This document shows, in pieces, positions 18,900 to 28,276 of a DNA stretch of 64,000 nucleotides (the first letter of the stretch is position 1; every line of letters starts with the position of its first letter). Position numbers and translations under genes: made by a program. Source of the DNA: an uncultured Chloroflexia bacterium (GTDB lineage Bacteria; Chloroflexota; Limnocylindria; Limnocylindrales; CSP1-4); the NCBI GenBank assembly GCA_963707215.1, contig CAVPPB010000003.1, forward strand, positions 928,001-992,000. Direction: 5' to 3'. The notes under the pieces are model-generated. The model was not told the origin of the DNA, made no database searches, and worked only from the letters and a program-made list of their open reading frames with translations.

Positions 18900-19873
18900 G
18901 CCGGGTCCTCGACGTCGGGAGCCCCTTCGACGGCCGCCTCGGCGACCCCGGGTTCGGCGACCGCGCCCGCGGCGAGCGCCTCCTCGGCGACCGTCCCGTC
19001 GGGGTCCTCGGTCCGAGAGATGACGACTCGGTGCGGGAACGGGATCTCGATGCCGGCAGTGGCGAAGCCCCTCAGGATCCGCCGACGAAGCTCGCCCGTG
19101 GCGGCCCACTGGTCGCCAGCCCGGACCCGTCCGACGACCTTGATGTCCACGCCCGAATCGCCGAGCAGATCGACGCGGAGGGAGGCCGGTGCGTCGAGGA
19201 TCCGGTCCTTCCAGACCTCGTCGGAGGCCATCTCGAGCCCGATCGCATCGATGACGGCCATCGCCTGGTCGGTGTCCGTCCCGTAGGCGACCGAGACGTC
19301 GAGGTTGATGCCGGCATAGATGCGGGTCAGGTTTGAGGCGACCCGGATCTCGCCGTTGGGGACGATGTGGACGGTACCGCTCAGGTCGCGCAGCTCGGTC
19401 CGGCGCAGGCCGAGGTCCTCGACCGTGCCCGAGACCCCGCCGATCCGGACGATGTCGCCCTCGGCGAACTGGTTCTCCAGGACGATGAGCGCACCGTTGA
19501 GGTAGTCGCGGATGATGTCCTGGCCGGCGAAGGCGATCGCCGCTCCGATGAGACCAAGGGCCGCGATGATCGACAGCAGGTCCAGGACCGCCAGGACGAC
19601 CAGGACCAGGATGCCGATGACCGCCAGGCGGAGGAGCGAATTGAGCAGACCCTCCAGGGTCCTGGCCCGCTTCGCGGCTTCGGCCTCGGCCAGGTCGGGC
19701 GGCAGCCCGGCCTTGATCGCGCTCCGCAGGAGCGTCCGCTCGAGCGCCCGGTGGATGAAGCCACGGCCGAGGCGGAGGACGATCAAGCCGACGACGACCG
19801 CGAGCAGCAGGACCGCCGCGTTGGCGGCGAACCAGCGCAGCATCTCCTCGATCTGGGGCGTGACGTCAGGCAC
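18896..19873 (-). CDS. Small-conductance mechanosensitive channel (MscS family)
   Basis: AIAFAGQDIIRD, GTVEDLGLRRT, VHIVPNG, GIEIPFP. Confidence 0.92.
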   Translation of the reverse strand: MPDVTPQIEEMLRWFAANAAVLLLAVVVGLIVLRLGRGFIHRALERTLLRSAIKAGLPPDLAEAEAAKRARTLEGLLNSLLRLAVIGILVLVVLAVLDLLSIIAALGLIGAAIAFAGQDIIRDYLNGALIVLENQFAEGDIVRIGGVSGTVEDLGLRRTELRDLSGTVHIVPNGEIRVASNLTRIYAGINLDVSVAYGTDTDQAMAVIDAIGLEMASDEVWKDRILDAPASLRVDLLGDSGVDIKVVGRVRAGDQWAATGELRRRILRGFATAGIEIPFPHRVVISRTEDPDGTVAEEALAAGAVAEPGVAEAAVEGAPDVEDPA

Positions 19874-19906
19874 GGAGCCGCTCCCGGGTACTCGGCATGA
19901 CGGGGA

Positions 19907-20677
19907 TCAGGCGACCACCCCGCCCAGACGGCGACTGATCGCCGCCGCTGCCTCGCGGACGTGGGCAGCCAGCTCGGGGATACGCCGCGGAGTGAGCCGG
20001 AAGGCCGGCCCCCAGACATCGACCGCGGCGATGACCTGCCCGCGGGCATCGTGGACCGGCGCCGCGACAGCGTTCAGGCCGGCCTCGTACTCGCCCATCG
20101 CCGTGGCGTAGCCGCGACGCCGGACCCGGGCCAGCTCCTCGAGGAGCGGCTCGAGGTCGGTGATCGTCCGGTCGGTGTAGCGGGGCAGGCCGTGACGGAC
20201 GATCCGAACGACCTCGCGCTCGGCGAGGGCGGCCATCAGGACCTTGCCGGAGGCGATGCAGTGGAGCGGGGCGGACCGCCCGGTCCAGTCACCGACCGCC
20301 ACGAGGTTCGGACCGTCGACGTGGGCGACGGCCAGGCAGTCGTCGCCATCGAGGATGGCGAGCCCGGTCGTCTCGTGGGTCAGGCGGGCGAGCCGCTCCA
20401 GCTCGGGCAGGGCGAGGCCTCGAAGGTCGAGGGTCCGCTCGGCCCGCTCGGCCAGGCGGATGACGACCAGGCCGAGCCGGTACTTGCCCGTCTCGTCGTC
20501 CTGCTCCACCAGGCCGCGACGCTCCAGGGTCGCCAGCAGCCGGGACGCCGTCGACTTGTGGAGGCCGAGCCGTCGCGCCAGCTCGGTCACACCGGAGGGG
20601 CCCGGGCTGTCGCCGAGGGCCAGCAGGAGGGCGGCGGCCCGGTCGACCGACCGGACCGCGTTGCCGTCGACGCTCAT
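19907..20677 (-). CDS. IclR family transcriptional regulator
   Basis: SVDRA, ELARRLGLHKSTASRLLATL HTH, PLHCIASGK, RRRGYA...AVAAPV. Confidence 0.95.
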   Translation of the reverse strand: MSVDGNAVRSVDRAAALLLALGDSPGPSGVTELARRLGLHKSTASRLLATLERRGLVEQDDETGKYRLGLVVIRLAERAERTLDLRGLALPELERLARLTHETTGLAILDGDDCLAVAHVDGPNLVAVGDWTGRSAPLHCIASGKVLMAALAEREVVRIVRHGLPRYTDRTITDLEPLLEELARVRRRGYATAMGEYEAGLNAVAAPVHDARGQVIAAVDVWGPAFRLTPRRIPELAAHVREAAAAISRRLGGVVA

Positions 20678-20687
20678 ATGAGGGCGA

Positions 20688-22091
20688 TCACCCGCCGCCT
20701 TCGTGGCCCATGGCGCCGTACGCCGCCTCGGCCTCGTGCGGCAGCGGCTTGCCCTGGGCCCGCAGCTCGAGAGCGGACCTGAACGACTCCTCGAAGGCGG
20801 TCACGACCCGGTCGACGATGTCGCCCTGGGCGTGCGCCTCGCAGACGAACCATGGCTCCCGCGAGTCCGGCTCCGGCATCGCGCCGCGGGCGTGCATGCC
20901 GACCGCGACGGCGTCGTACAGCTCGTGGTCGGTCTCGGCCCAGTCGCGGTACTCGGAGGCGACCTTGTCGGTGAACATGATCCCGAACATCGATGGGTGG
21001 CCGGTGAAGTTGTAGGGCAGCCCGCTGGGGTTGAGGATCTCCCGCAGGCCGTCCTGGATCCGCAGGCCGGTCGCATGGATGGTGTCCAGCGCGTCGGTGT
21101 CGCGGAGGATCTCCAGGGTCTTCACGGCCGCCGCGGCTGCGACCCGGTTGCCGGCGTACGTGCCGCCGTGGCTGACCTTGTCCGGCAGGACGCTCATGAC
21201 CTCGCGCCGTCCGCCGAACGCCGCGGCCGGGTAGCCATTGCCCATCGCCTTGGCGTAGGTCGCCAGGTCGGGGGTGATCCCGAAGTACTCGGCCGCACCG
21301 CCCCTGGCGAAGCGGAAGCCGGTCTTGACCTCGTCGAAGATGAGCAGGATGCCGAACTCCTCGGTCAGCTCGCGCATCGCCTTGTGGAAGCCGGGCTTCG
21401 GCAGGATGCCCTGCGCGTTGCCCAGGACCGGCTCGACGATGATCGCCGCGATCTCCTCCCCCTGGCGCTCGAAGAGGCGCCGCAGGAAGTCGATGTCGTT
21501 GTAGCGGGCCGGGATGATCGTGTCGGCGACCGGCCCCGGGATGCCCCGGCCCCAGGCCAGGCCGACCGGGTTGTCGGCGTCGCCGAGGGTGGCGACGTCG
21601 TTGGGGGCCACGCTGATCAGGGCGTAGTCGTGGACGCCGTGGTACTGGCCCTCGAACTTCACGATCTTGTCGCGACCGGTGTAGGCCCGGGCGACCCGCA
21701 TCGCGTGCATCGTGGCCTCGGTCCCCGAGACGGTCATCCGGGCCATCTCGACCCAACCGTTGAGCTCGCAGACCAGCTCCATCGCCCGGACCTCGTCCTC
21801 CGAGGTCAGGCTGAAGCTCACGCCCTTGCGCATCCGCTCGTTGACGTAGTCGTCGACCCGCTCGTCGTTGTGGCCGAGGATGACCGGTCCGTAGCCCATC
21901 CGGAGGTCGACGTACTCGTTCTGGTCGAGGTCCCAGACCATGCCGCCCTGACCTCGGTCGACGTAGATCGTGTCCTCCCCCCAGGCGCGGAAGTTGGAGT
22001 CGGTGCCGCCCGGGAGCGTCTGCAGGGCCCGCCGGTACATCGTCGCCTGGGCGTCGCGCTTCAAGGTCGGCTTCGCGGGCTCGGTGGCCAT
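20688..22091 (-). CDS. Class III PLP aminotransferase (glutamate-1-semialdehyde aminomutase-like)
   Basis: SGTEATM, KFEGQYHG, LIFDEVKTGFR, AKAMGNGYP, HGGTYAGN. GAGGAG RBS. Confidence 0.9.
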   Translation of the reverse strand: MATEPAKPTLKRDAQATMYRRALQTLPGGTDSNFRAWGEDTIYVDRGQGGMVWDLDQNEYVDLRMGYGPVILGHNDERVDDYVNERMRKGVSFSLTSEDEVRAMELVCELNGWVEMARMTVSGTEATMHAMRVARAYTGRDKIVKFEGQYHGVHDYALISVAPNDVATLGDADNPVGLAWGRGIPGPVADTIIPARYNDIDFLRRLFERQGEEIAAIIVEPVLGNAQGILPKPGFHKAMRELTEEFGILLIFDEVKTGFRFARGGAAEYFGITPDLATYAKAMGNGYPAAAFGGRREVMSVLPDKVSHGGTYAGNRVAAAAAVKTLEILRDTDALDTIHATGLRIQDGLREILNPSGLPYNFTGHPSMFGIMFTDKVASEYRDWAETDHELYDAVAVGMHARGAMPEPDSREPWFVCEAHAQGDIVDRVVTAFEESFRSALELRAQGKPLPHEAEAAYGAMGHEGGG

Positions 22092-22292
22092 GTCGCTCCT
22101 CGGCTGCGTGGTCCGCATGACGGGACCGCTCCGCGGCCGACGCAACCCGGGATCGATGGTTGCATGGAGCGGAACGGTGGTCGCCGCCATGCTGCCACAC
22201 GGCCCAGGAGGGGTCAACGACCTCGCGGACCCTCGCGGCATCGCGATCCGGCAGAGCGTGCGAGCGGACGGCCCACCCGCGACACTTGCGCC

Positions 22293-22610
22293 ATGCCCGC
22301 CGGCGCCTACCTGCTCGCCATCCTCTTCTCGCTCGCCGGGATGCTGGTGATCGACCGCACCCAGCGGCTCGGGATCCTCGGTCGGCGGTTGCTCGTGGCG
22401 GTCGTGGTCGTCGAGGCTGCGTTCCTCCTCGTCTTCGACGTCGTCGGGGCCGGCCGCGGCTGGTTCGCCTCGAACCCGGACTACGTGGTGGCGATCGTCC
22501 CACCGGGCATCCCGCCCGAGGAACCCCTGCTGCTGGCCTTCCTCGCCTACTTCACGCTCGTCGTCCAGGGTCTCGCCCGTCGCTGGCTCGGCGAGGGCGG
22601 CGATGCCTGA
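22293..22610 (+). CDS. Lycopene cyclase domain protein (heterodimeric CrtYc/Ye-type subunit)
   Basis: About 105 aa, hydrophobic, with VFDVVG and IPPEE motifs; heads a carotenoid operon. Confidence 0.8.
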   Translation: MPAGAYLLAILFSLAGMLVIDRTQRLGILGRRLLVAVVVVEAAFLLVFDVVGAGRGWFASNPDYVVAIVPPGIPPEEPLLLAFLAYFTLVVQGLARRWLGEGGDA

Positions 22611-22896
22611 GTACACCCTCGCCGCGATCGTCTTCCTGGCCGTCGGGGCGGCCGCGGCGGCGGCGGTCGGGCTGCTGCGCCGGCGCTCGACCTGGCTGAC
22701 GCTGGGGGTCTTCGCCGGCTTCACCGTCGTCTTCGACGTCATCCTGACCGGCCTGCCGATCGTGACCTACGGCGACGGCTTCACGACCGGGATCGCCCTC
22801 GGGCCGATGCCCATCGAGGACCTCCTGTACGGCCTAGCGCTGGCCCTGGCGGCCATGGTCGGATCCACCGCTGCAGGACGATGGTGGCGCCGCTGA
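22603..22896 (+). CDS. Lycopene cyclase domain protein (CrtYd/Yf-type subunit)
   Basis: TVVFD..LT..IVTY and MPIEDLLY motifs; overlaps the previous gene by 8 bp. Confidence 0.82.
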   Translation: MPEYTLAAIVFLAVGAAAAAAVGLLRRRSTWLTLGVFAGFTVVFDVILTGLPIVTYGDGFTTGIALGPMPIEDLLYGLALALAAMVGSTAAGRWWRR

Positions 22897-24986
22897 CCGG
22901 CGGGGCGGAGGTCGGTCCGCCGACGACCGCGGCCCCCGGGAGCGCGCTTCTCGCGATGCTGCGCGAGCTCCTCCTGGCCAGCCGACCGCTGTCCTGGATC
23001 AACACGGCCCTGCCCTTCCTGGCGGCCGGCTACGAGATCGAGCGGACCGTGACGCCGCTGCTGGTGCTCGGGACGGTCTACTTCCTCGTCCCGTACAACC
23101 TGCTGATGTACGGGATCAACGACATCTTCGACTACGCCTCGGACCTGGCGAACCCAAGGAAGCGTTCGCTCGAGGGCGGCCTGGTCCCGCCGGACCGTCG
23201 GCGGGCGACCTGGGTCGCCATCGCGGTGTCGAACCTGCCCTTCCTACTCGCTCTCGTGGCGCTGGCCCCGACCGCCGGCTGGCTGGCGGTCCTCGTCGCG
23301 GCCGTGGCCGCGGTCATCTACTCGGCGCCGCCACTGCGCACCAAGACCCGACCCGTCCTCGACTCGCTGACGTCGTCGTCGCACTTCGTCCTGCCGGCCG
23401 TAGCCGGCTTCCTCGTGGCGGGCGTGCCCTTCGACGGACTACCGTGGGTCGTCCTGGGCGGCTTCTTCTCCTGGGGCATCGCCAGCCACGCCCTGGGGGC
23501 CATCCAGGACGTCGAGTACGACCGCTCGGCCGGCATCGGGTCGATCGCGACCGCGTTCGGGGCGCGCCCGACCGCCGCCGTCGCCCTGGTCGGGTACGGG
23601 CTCGCGGCCCTGGCCGCCGCCTCACTCAGCGGCTCTGGCCTCGTCGCCGGGGCGGCCCTGGCGACGTATCTGCTCCTCCCGCTGGCGGTCCTGCTCGACC
23701 CGTCCGAGGCCCAGGCACGACGCGCCTGGCGGTCATTCCTGGGCCTCAACCTGCTCGTCGGGTTCGTGGTCACCCAGCTCCTGCTCATCCACTGGGGCAT
23801 CGTCCCGGACCGGCCGGCGGCGCTCCTCGTCATCCTGGCAGTGACCGGCAGCGCCTTCGCCCTGGGGTCGCTGGTGGCCAACGAGCTGGCGCTGCGACGG
23901 TCGCGGCGTGTGGCGCTCGCGGGACACCCGCGCGGGACTCCATTGCCTCGCTTGTCGGTCGTCGTCCCCTGTCGTGACGAGGCCGCCAACATCCCCGGGG
24001 TCATCGAGGCGCTCGCCGCCCAGGACCACCACGACCTCGTGATCGTGATCGTGGACGATGGGTCCTCTGACGAGACGGCCGAGCGAGCCCGCCGGGAGCT
24101 CGCCCGCCTGGCCCTGGGTCCGGAGCGCGCCTTCGTCGTCGAGGCGGGGCCGAAGCCTGCTGGCTGGGCCGGCAAGAGTTGGGCCTGTGCCCGGGGTGCC
24201 GAGGCGATGACGACCGATCACGTGCTCTTCCTCGACGCCGACACACTGCCCCGGCGGAACGCCCTCCGCATCCTCCACGAGGTGGCCCTGGGCTCCGGGG
24301 CCGGGCTCGTCTCCGGGGTCTCGGCCTATGCGATGCCGACGGCCCTGGAGCAGGCCTTCGTCCCCGGTTTCCCGATGACGATCTTCGGCTGGCTGCCGCT
24401 CTGGGCCCACGTGGCCACCGGCGGCCGCCGGCGCCGGCTGGCGTTCGCCTACGGACCGCTGCTCCTGGTGGAGACACGGGCCTACCGCGCGAGTGGCGGT
24501 CATGCCGCGGACCCGGCCAGCCAGCGCGAGGACCTCGACCTGGCCAAGGCCGTGGCGGACGCCGGCTTCCAGGTCCGCCTGGTCGCCGCCGCCGACCTGG
24601 CCGCGACCCGCCACTACCCGGGTGGTCTCGACGCGGTCCAGGCCTGGCGGCGGGTGGGTCTCTCGTACGTCGGCGACACCTTCACCGGGGTCCTGGCGAC
24701 GGTGGCCATGGGCATCGTCTGCTGGGTCCTGCCGCTGCTGGCCGTTCCGGTGGCCATCGGCAGCGGCGAGGCTGACCTGGTGCCCGCCGCCTGGGCCAGC
24801 CTCGCGGCCCTGATCGGCTTCCGGCTGGTCCTTGCCGTCCTCGAGCAGCAGCCGCTGGCAAGCATCCTCTGGCACCCGCTGACCGTCGGTGCGACCATGC
24901 TCGGACAGCTTGCCTCGCTCGCGGACGGCGTGCGGGGCGCCTCGCCGATCTGGCGCGGCCGGCCGTACGAACCAAGGACGTCATGA
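22881..24986 (+). CDS. Fusion of UbiA-family lycopene elongase (CrtEb-like) and GT2 carotenoid glycosyltransferase
   Basis: SRPLSWINTA, MYGINDIFDYASD..NPRK, YSAPPLRTK..P.LDS, IQDVEYD; then VVVPCRDE, VDDGSSD, GWAGKSWAC, LFLDAD, all in one frame. Confidence 0.85.
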   Translation: MVAPLTGGAEVGPPTTAAPGSALLAMLRELLLASRPLSWINTALPFLAAGYEIERTVTPLLVLGTVYFLVPYNLLMYGINDIFDYASDLANPRKRSLEGGLVPPDRRRATWVAIAVSNLPFLLALVALAPTAGWLAVLVAAVAAVIYSAPPLRTKTRPVLDSLTSSSHFVLPAVAGFLVAGVPFDGLPWVVLGGFFSWGIASHALGAIQDVEYDRSAGIGSIATAFGARPTAAVALVGYGLAALAAASLSGSGLVAGAALATYLLLPLAVLLDPSEAQARRAWRSFLGLNLLVGFVVTQLLLIHWGIVPDRPAALLVILAVTGSAFALGSLVANELALRRSRRVALAGHPRGTPLPRLSVVVPCRDEAANIPGVIEALAAQDHHDLVIVIVDDGSSDETAERARRELARLALGPERAFVVEAGPKPAGWAGKSWACARGAEAMTTDHVLFLDADTLPRRNALRILHEVALGSGAGLVSGVSAYAMPTALEQAFVPGFPMTIFGWLPLWAHVATGGRRRRLAFAYGPLLLVETRAYRASGGHAADPASQREDLDLAKAVADAGFQVRLVAAADLAATRHYPGGLDAVQAWRRVGLSYVGDTFTGVLATVAMGIVCWVLPLLAVPVAIGSGEADLVPAAWASLAALIGFRLVLAVLEQQPLASILWHPLTVGATMLGQLASLADGVRGASPIWRGRPYEPRTS

Positions 24987-26554
24987 GCCTGACCATCGAT
25001 CCTCCGCGCTCCTCCCCGACCCTCGTCCCGCGCGGCTCGCCGGGCCGCTCCCGGGCCGTCGTCGTCGGCGCCGGGATCGGTGGCCTCGCGATCGCGATCC
25101 GGCTGCTCGCCGACGGTCACGACGTCACCGTCCTCGAGGGCCGGCCGACGGTCGGAGGGCGGGCCTCGCGCATCCGCGACGGCGGGTTCACGTTCGACAC
25201 GGGTCCATCGCTCATCACCATGCCCTGGCTCTTCGACGAGCTGTTCGGCCTGGCTTCCTCGAGCCTCGCGCGGGAGGTCCGCCTCCACCGCCTGGAGCCC
25301 GGCTACCGCATCTACTGGACGGACGTCGACGGCGCCCCCCGGCCGCGCTCCTTCGACTTCGCGACCGACCGTGACCTACTGAGGGCCGAGGTCGCCAAGT
25401 TCTCGACCGTCGACGCCAGGCGCCTGGACGCGTTCCTGGAGGCGAGTCGCGAGATCCACGAGGAGGGGGTCCTGGTGGCAGGCCGGAAGGCGTTCCAACG
25501 CCTCGGCGACTTCGTCGGACTGGTCCCCCGGATGGTCGGGATGAACGCGATCCGGTCGCTCGACTCGTTCGTCGGGAGCTACTTCCACGACCCCCGGGTC
25601 CGCCAGGTGTTCGACTTCCACTCGCTGTTCATCGGCGGCGACCCGCGCCGCGTGCCCGGCATCTACGCCGCGCTCGTCTGGCTCCAGGTCGCGGACGGGA
25701 TCTGGTACGCGGAGGACGGGGTCTACAGCGTCATCGAGGCCATGGCGCGACTCGTTGAGGGCGGCGGTGGCCGGATCATCACCGAGGCCCCGGTCGAGCG
25801 GATCGCCCATCGGGACGGCCGCGTCCGGGCGGTCCTCCTCGCGTCCGGCGACGAGGTCCCAGCCGACATCGTGGTCTCGAACGCGGACGTGACGAGCCGT
25901 CGGTCGCTCCTCGCCGACGCTCCGGAGCCGCTGCCCTGGCGGGCCCGGTCGTTCCGGACCACGATGAGCGCCTACCTGCTGTACCTCGGCACGACGCGCC
26001 GCTTCCCGCAACTCCGCCACCACACGCTACTGGTCGGGTCGGACTACCACGGCTTCATCGACGACGTGACCCGGCATCGAAGGGAGCCCCGGACCCTGTC
26101 CTTCTACATCCATGCCCCGGCCCACACCCAGCCGTCCATGGCCGTCCCGGGCGGCGAAGCGCTCTCGGTCCTGCTGCCGGTCCCGAACCTGCTAGCCGGC
26201 ATCGACTGGGAGGAGGCCGGGCCGCGGATCCGCGACCGGATCGTTCTCGCCCTCGAGCGGTTCGGCCTCGAGGGGCTCGGGGAGTCGATCGCGGTCGAGC
26301 ACAGCTGGACGCCGCTGACGTTCCGCGATGAACTCGGCGCTCCCGACGGCAACGCCTTCGCCATCGAGCCGTCCCTCCACCAGTCCGCCTACTTCCGCCA
26401 GCCGAACCGCGACCGTTCGGTGGCCGGCGTCTACTGGGTCGGGGGCGGGACGCACCCGGGGGCGGGCATGCCAGGCACCCTGCTCACCGCCGAGGTGACC
26501 GCCGGGCTGGTCCGGGCGGATGGCGGGAGCCGGCCGTCGGGAGTCCGGGTGTGA
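24983..26554 (+). CDS. crtI: Phytoene desaturase
   Basis: VVGAGIGGLA, FDTGPSLIT, VSNAD, GGGTHPGAGMP. ATGA overlap with the upstream gene. Confidence 0.9.
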   Translation: MSLTIDPPRSSPTLVPRGSPGRSRAVVVGAGIGGLAIAIRLLADGHDVTVLEGRPTVGGRASRIRDGGFTFDTGPSLITMPWLFDELFGLASSSLAREVRLHRLEPGYRIYWTDVDGAPRPRSFDFATDRDLLRAEVAKFSTVDARRLDAFLEASREIHEEGVLVAGRKAFQRLGDFVGLVPRMVGMNAIRSLDSFVGSYFHDPRVRQVFDFHSLFIGGDPRRVPGIYAALVWLQVADGIWYAEDGVYSVIEAMARLVEGGGGRIITEAPVERIAHRDGRVRAVLLASGDEVPADIVVSNADVTSRRSLLADAPEPLPWRARSFRTTMSAYLLYLGTTRRFPQLRHHTLLVGSDYHGFIDDVTRHRREPRTLSFYIHAPAHTQPSMAVPGGEALSVLLPVPNLLAGIDWEEAGPRIRDRIVLALERFGLEGLGESIAVEHSWTPLTFRDELGAPDGNAFAIEPSLHQSAYFRQPNRDRSVAGVYWVGGGTHPGAGMPGTLLTAEVTAGLVRADGGSRPSGVRV

Positions 26555-26612
26555 CGCTGGGCCTCGGAAACCCCGTGGCCAGCGGCGTCCCGCATCGCCC
26601 GGGCCCCGCCCG

Positions 26613-27530
26613 GTGACCGGGCGAGCCGAGCCGACGGAGGCGCCCTCCGCCGACCGCCCGGTCCCCCACGACCCGGCCGTCGCGGCCCTGCTCCCCGAGG
26701 CCCGCCGGACCATCGAGCGGGTCGCCCGGACATTCGCGCTGGCCGCCCGGTTGCTGCCGCCCACCGTGCGGGAGGACGTCGACCTCCTGTATCTGGTCCT
26801 GCGGACGCTCGACGACCTCGTCGACCTCGAGGCCCAGGGCTCCGACGACCCCACCGTCGCGGGCCGGCTGGCCGCCGTCGAGGCCTGGGCTGCCGGCCGA
26901 CCGCCGGTCGAGCCCACTCGCGAGACGCGGATCCTGGACGACCTTGCCCGTCGCCACCCCGACCTGCCCCGGGAGGCCGTTGCCGACTTCACGGCCGGCA
27001 TGCGCCAGGATCTCGCCGGTCCGGACATCGCGACCGAGGATGACCTGGACCTGTACGCCTACCGGGTCGCCGGGACGGTGGGCCGGCTGATGGCGGCGAT
27101 CCTGGGCACGAAAGGACCGGAGGCCGACGCGGCGGCCCGCTCGCTGGGCATCGCGATGCAGCGGACGAACATCCTGCGGGATCTCGACGAGGACCTGGCC
27201 CGCGGCCGCTGCTACGTTCCGCGGGAGACCCTGGCGAGACACGGGATCGCCGATGCCGAGGCGCTGCTGTCGGCGGACCGGAGCACCCTCCTCCGCGAGG
27301 CGATCGGCCGGGCCGACGCGGCGTACGACCTCGGGCTCGCCGGGACGCCGCTGCTGCTCCATGGTCGACGGTCGATAACGGCGGCAGGCCGTCTCTACCG
27401 GGAGATCCTCCGCCAGATCGAGCGCGACGGCCTCGGCAGCCGACGGCCCCACCGGGCCGTGGTCCCGCGCTGGCGCAAGGCAGCCATCGTGGCGGCGGTC
27501 CTCGCGAGCCCGACCCCCAGGGCCGGCTGA
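26613..27530 (+). CDS. crtB: Phytoene synthase (start uncertain)
   Basis: RTFALAARLLP, RTLDDLVD, YRVAGTVG, LGIAMQRTNILRDLDED..RGRCYVP. Confidence 0.88.
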   Translation: MTGRAEPTEAPSADRPVPHDPAVAALLPEARRTIERVARTFALAARLLPPTVREDVDLLYLVLRTLDDLVDLEAQGSDDPTVAGRLAAVEAWAAGRPPVEPTRETRILDDLARRHPDLPREAVADFTAGMRQDLAGPDIATEDDLDLYAYRVAGTVGRLMAAILGTKGPEADAAARSLGIAMQRTNILRDLDEDLARGRCYVPRETLARHGIADAEALLSADRSTLLREAIGRADAAYDLGLAGTPLLLHGRRSITAAGRLYREILRQIERDGLGSRRPHRAVVPRWRKAAIVAAVLASPTPRAG

Positions 27531-27538
27531 GCGCATCG

Positions 27539-28222
27539 GTGGACGCGCTCAGCGACCTCGCCTCGCTCGACCTCGGGGTCGGCATGCCGGACCTGGGGCT
27601 GCCTCTCTCGCTGGGCCTTCTCGCCCTCGGCTGGATCGTCGGCTCGTTCCCCAGCGCGGTGGTCATCGGTCGGCTGTTCGGCGTGGATCCGCGACACCAG
27701 GGTGACCGGAACCCCGGCTCGGCGAACGTCTGGAAGCTGGCGGGCCCGGTCGCCGGGATGGCCGTGTTCACGCTCGACCTCGCGAAGGTGATCGCTCCGG
27801 GCGTCGTCGGCTGGCTGGTCGGCGGCTTCTGGGGCGCCTGGTGCGGGGCGATGGGTGGCGTCCTGGGGGCGATGCGGCCGGTCATCCCCGGGATGCCCGG
27901 TGGCCGGGGCGTCAACGCGGGTGCCGGGGCGGCCCTGGTCCTCCATCCCGCAGCTGCTGCGATCGCGATCGCTCTCTTCGCCGGCGCCTGGCTGCTCACG
28001 CGCCGACGGATCGTCGCCATCGCCGTGGGGTTCACCGCCTATCCGCTGGCGGCGCTGCTCCTGAGCGTCCGCTCCCTCGCGGACGCCTGGCTGCTGGCCG
28101 GCATCGGGACGCTCTACCTCGTCCTGGTGGCCCGCTACGTCGCCACGGCCGGTCGATCACGGCCGGGCGGTGCGGAGCCGCACCCGGAGCCCGGCGTCAG
28201 CGGGTCGACGCCCCGGACGTGA
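27539..28222 (+). CDS. PlsY-like (DUF205) acyltransferase
   Basis: GSFPS...DPRHQGDRNPGSANV, LDLAK and GGRGV resemble PlsY motifs 1 and 2. Confidence 0.75.
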   Translation: MDALSDLASLDLGVGMPDLGLPLSLGLLALGWIVGSFPSAVVIGRLFGVDPRHQGDRNPGSANVWKLAGPVAGMAVFTLDLAKVIAPGVVGWLVGGFWGAWCGAMGGVLGAMRPVIPGMPGGRGVNAGAGAALVLHPAAAAIAIALFAGAWLLTRRRIVAIAVGFTAYPLAALLLSVRSLADAWLLAGIGTLYLVLVARYVATAGRSRPGGAEPHPEPGVSGSTPRT

Positions 28223-28276
28223 CGGGGCCCCGTCCGCGCGGACGAGGCCCCGATCGGATCGGCGCAGCGAGAGGGG

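Noticed and set aside
20688-22091. Assigning the gene symbol hemL
   Set aside because: GSA-aminomutase-like, but there are no tetrapyrrole genes nearby and it is linked to IclR, so it may be a catabolic paralogue.
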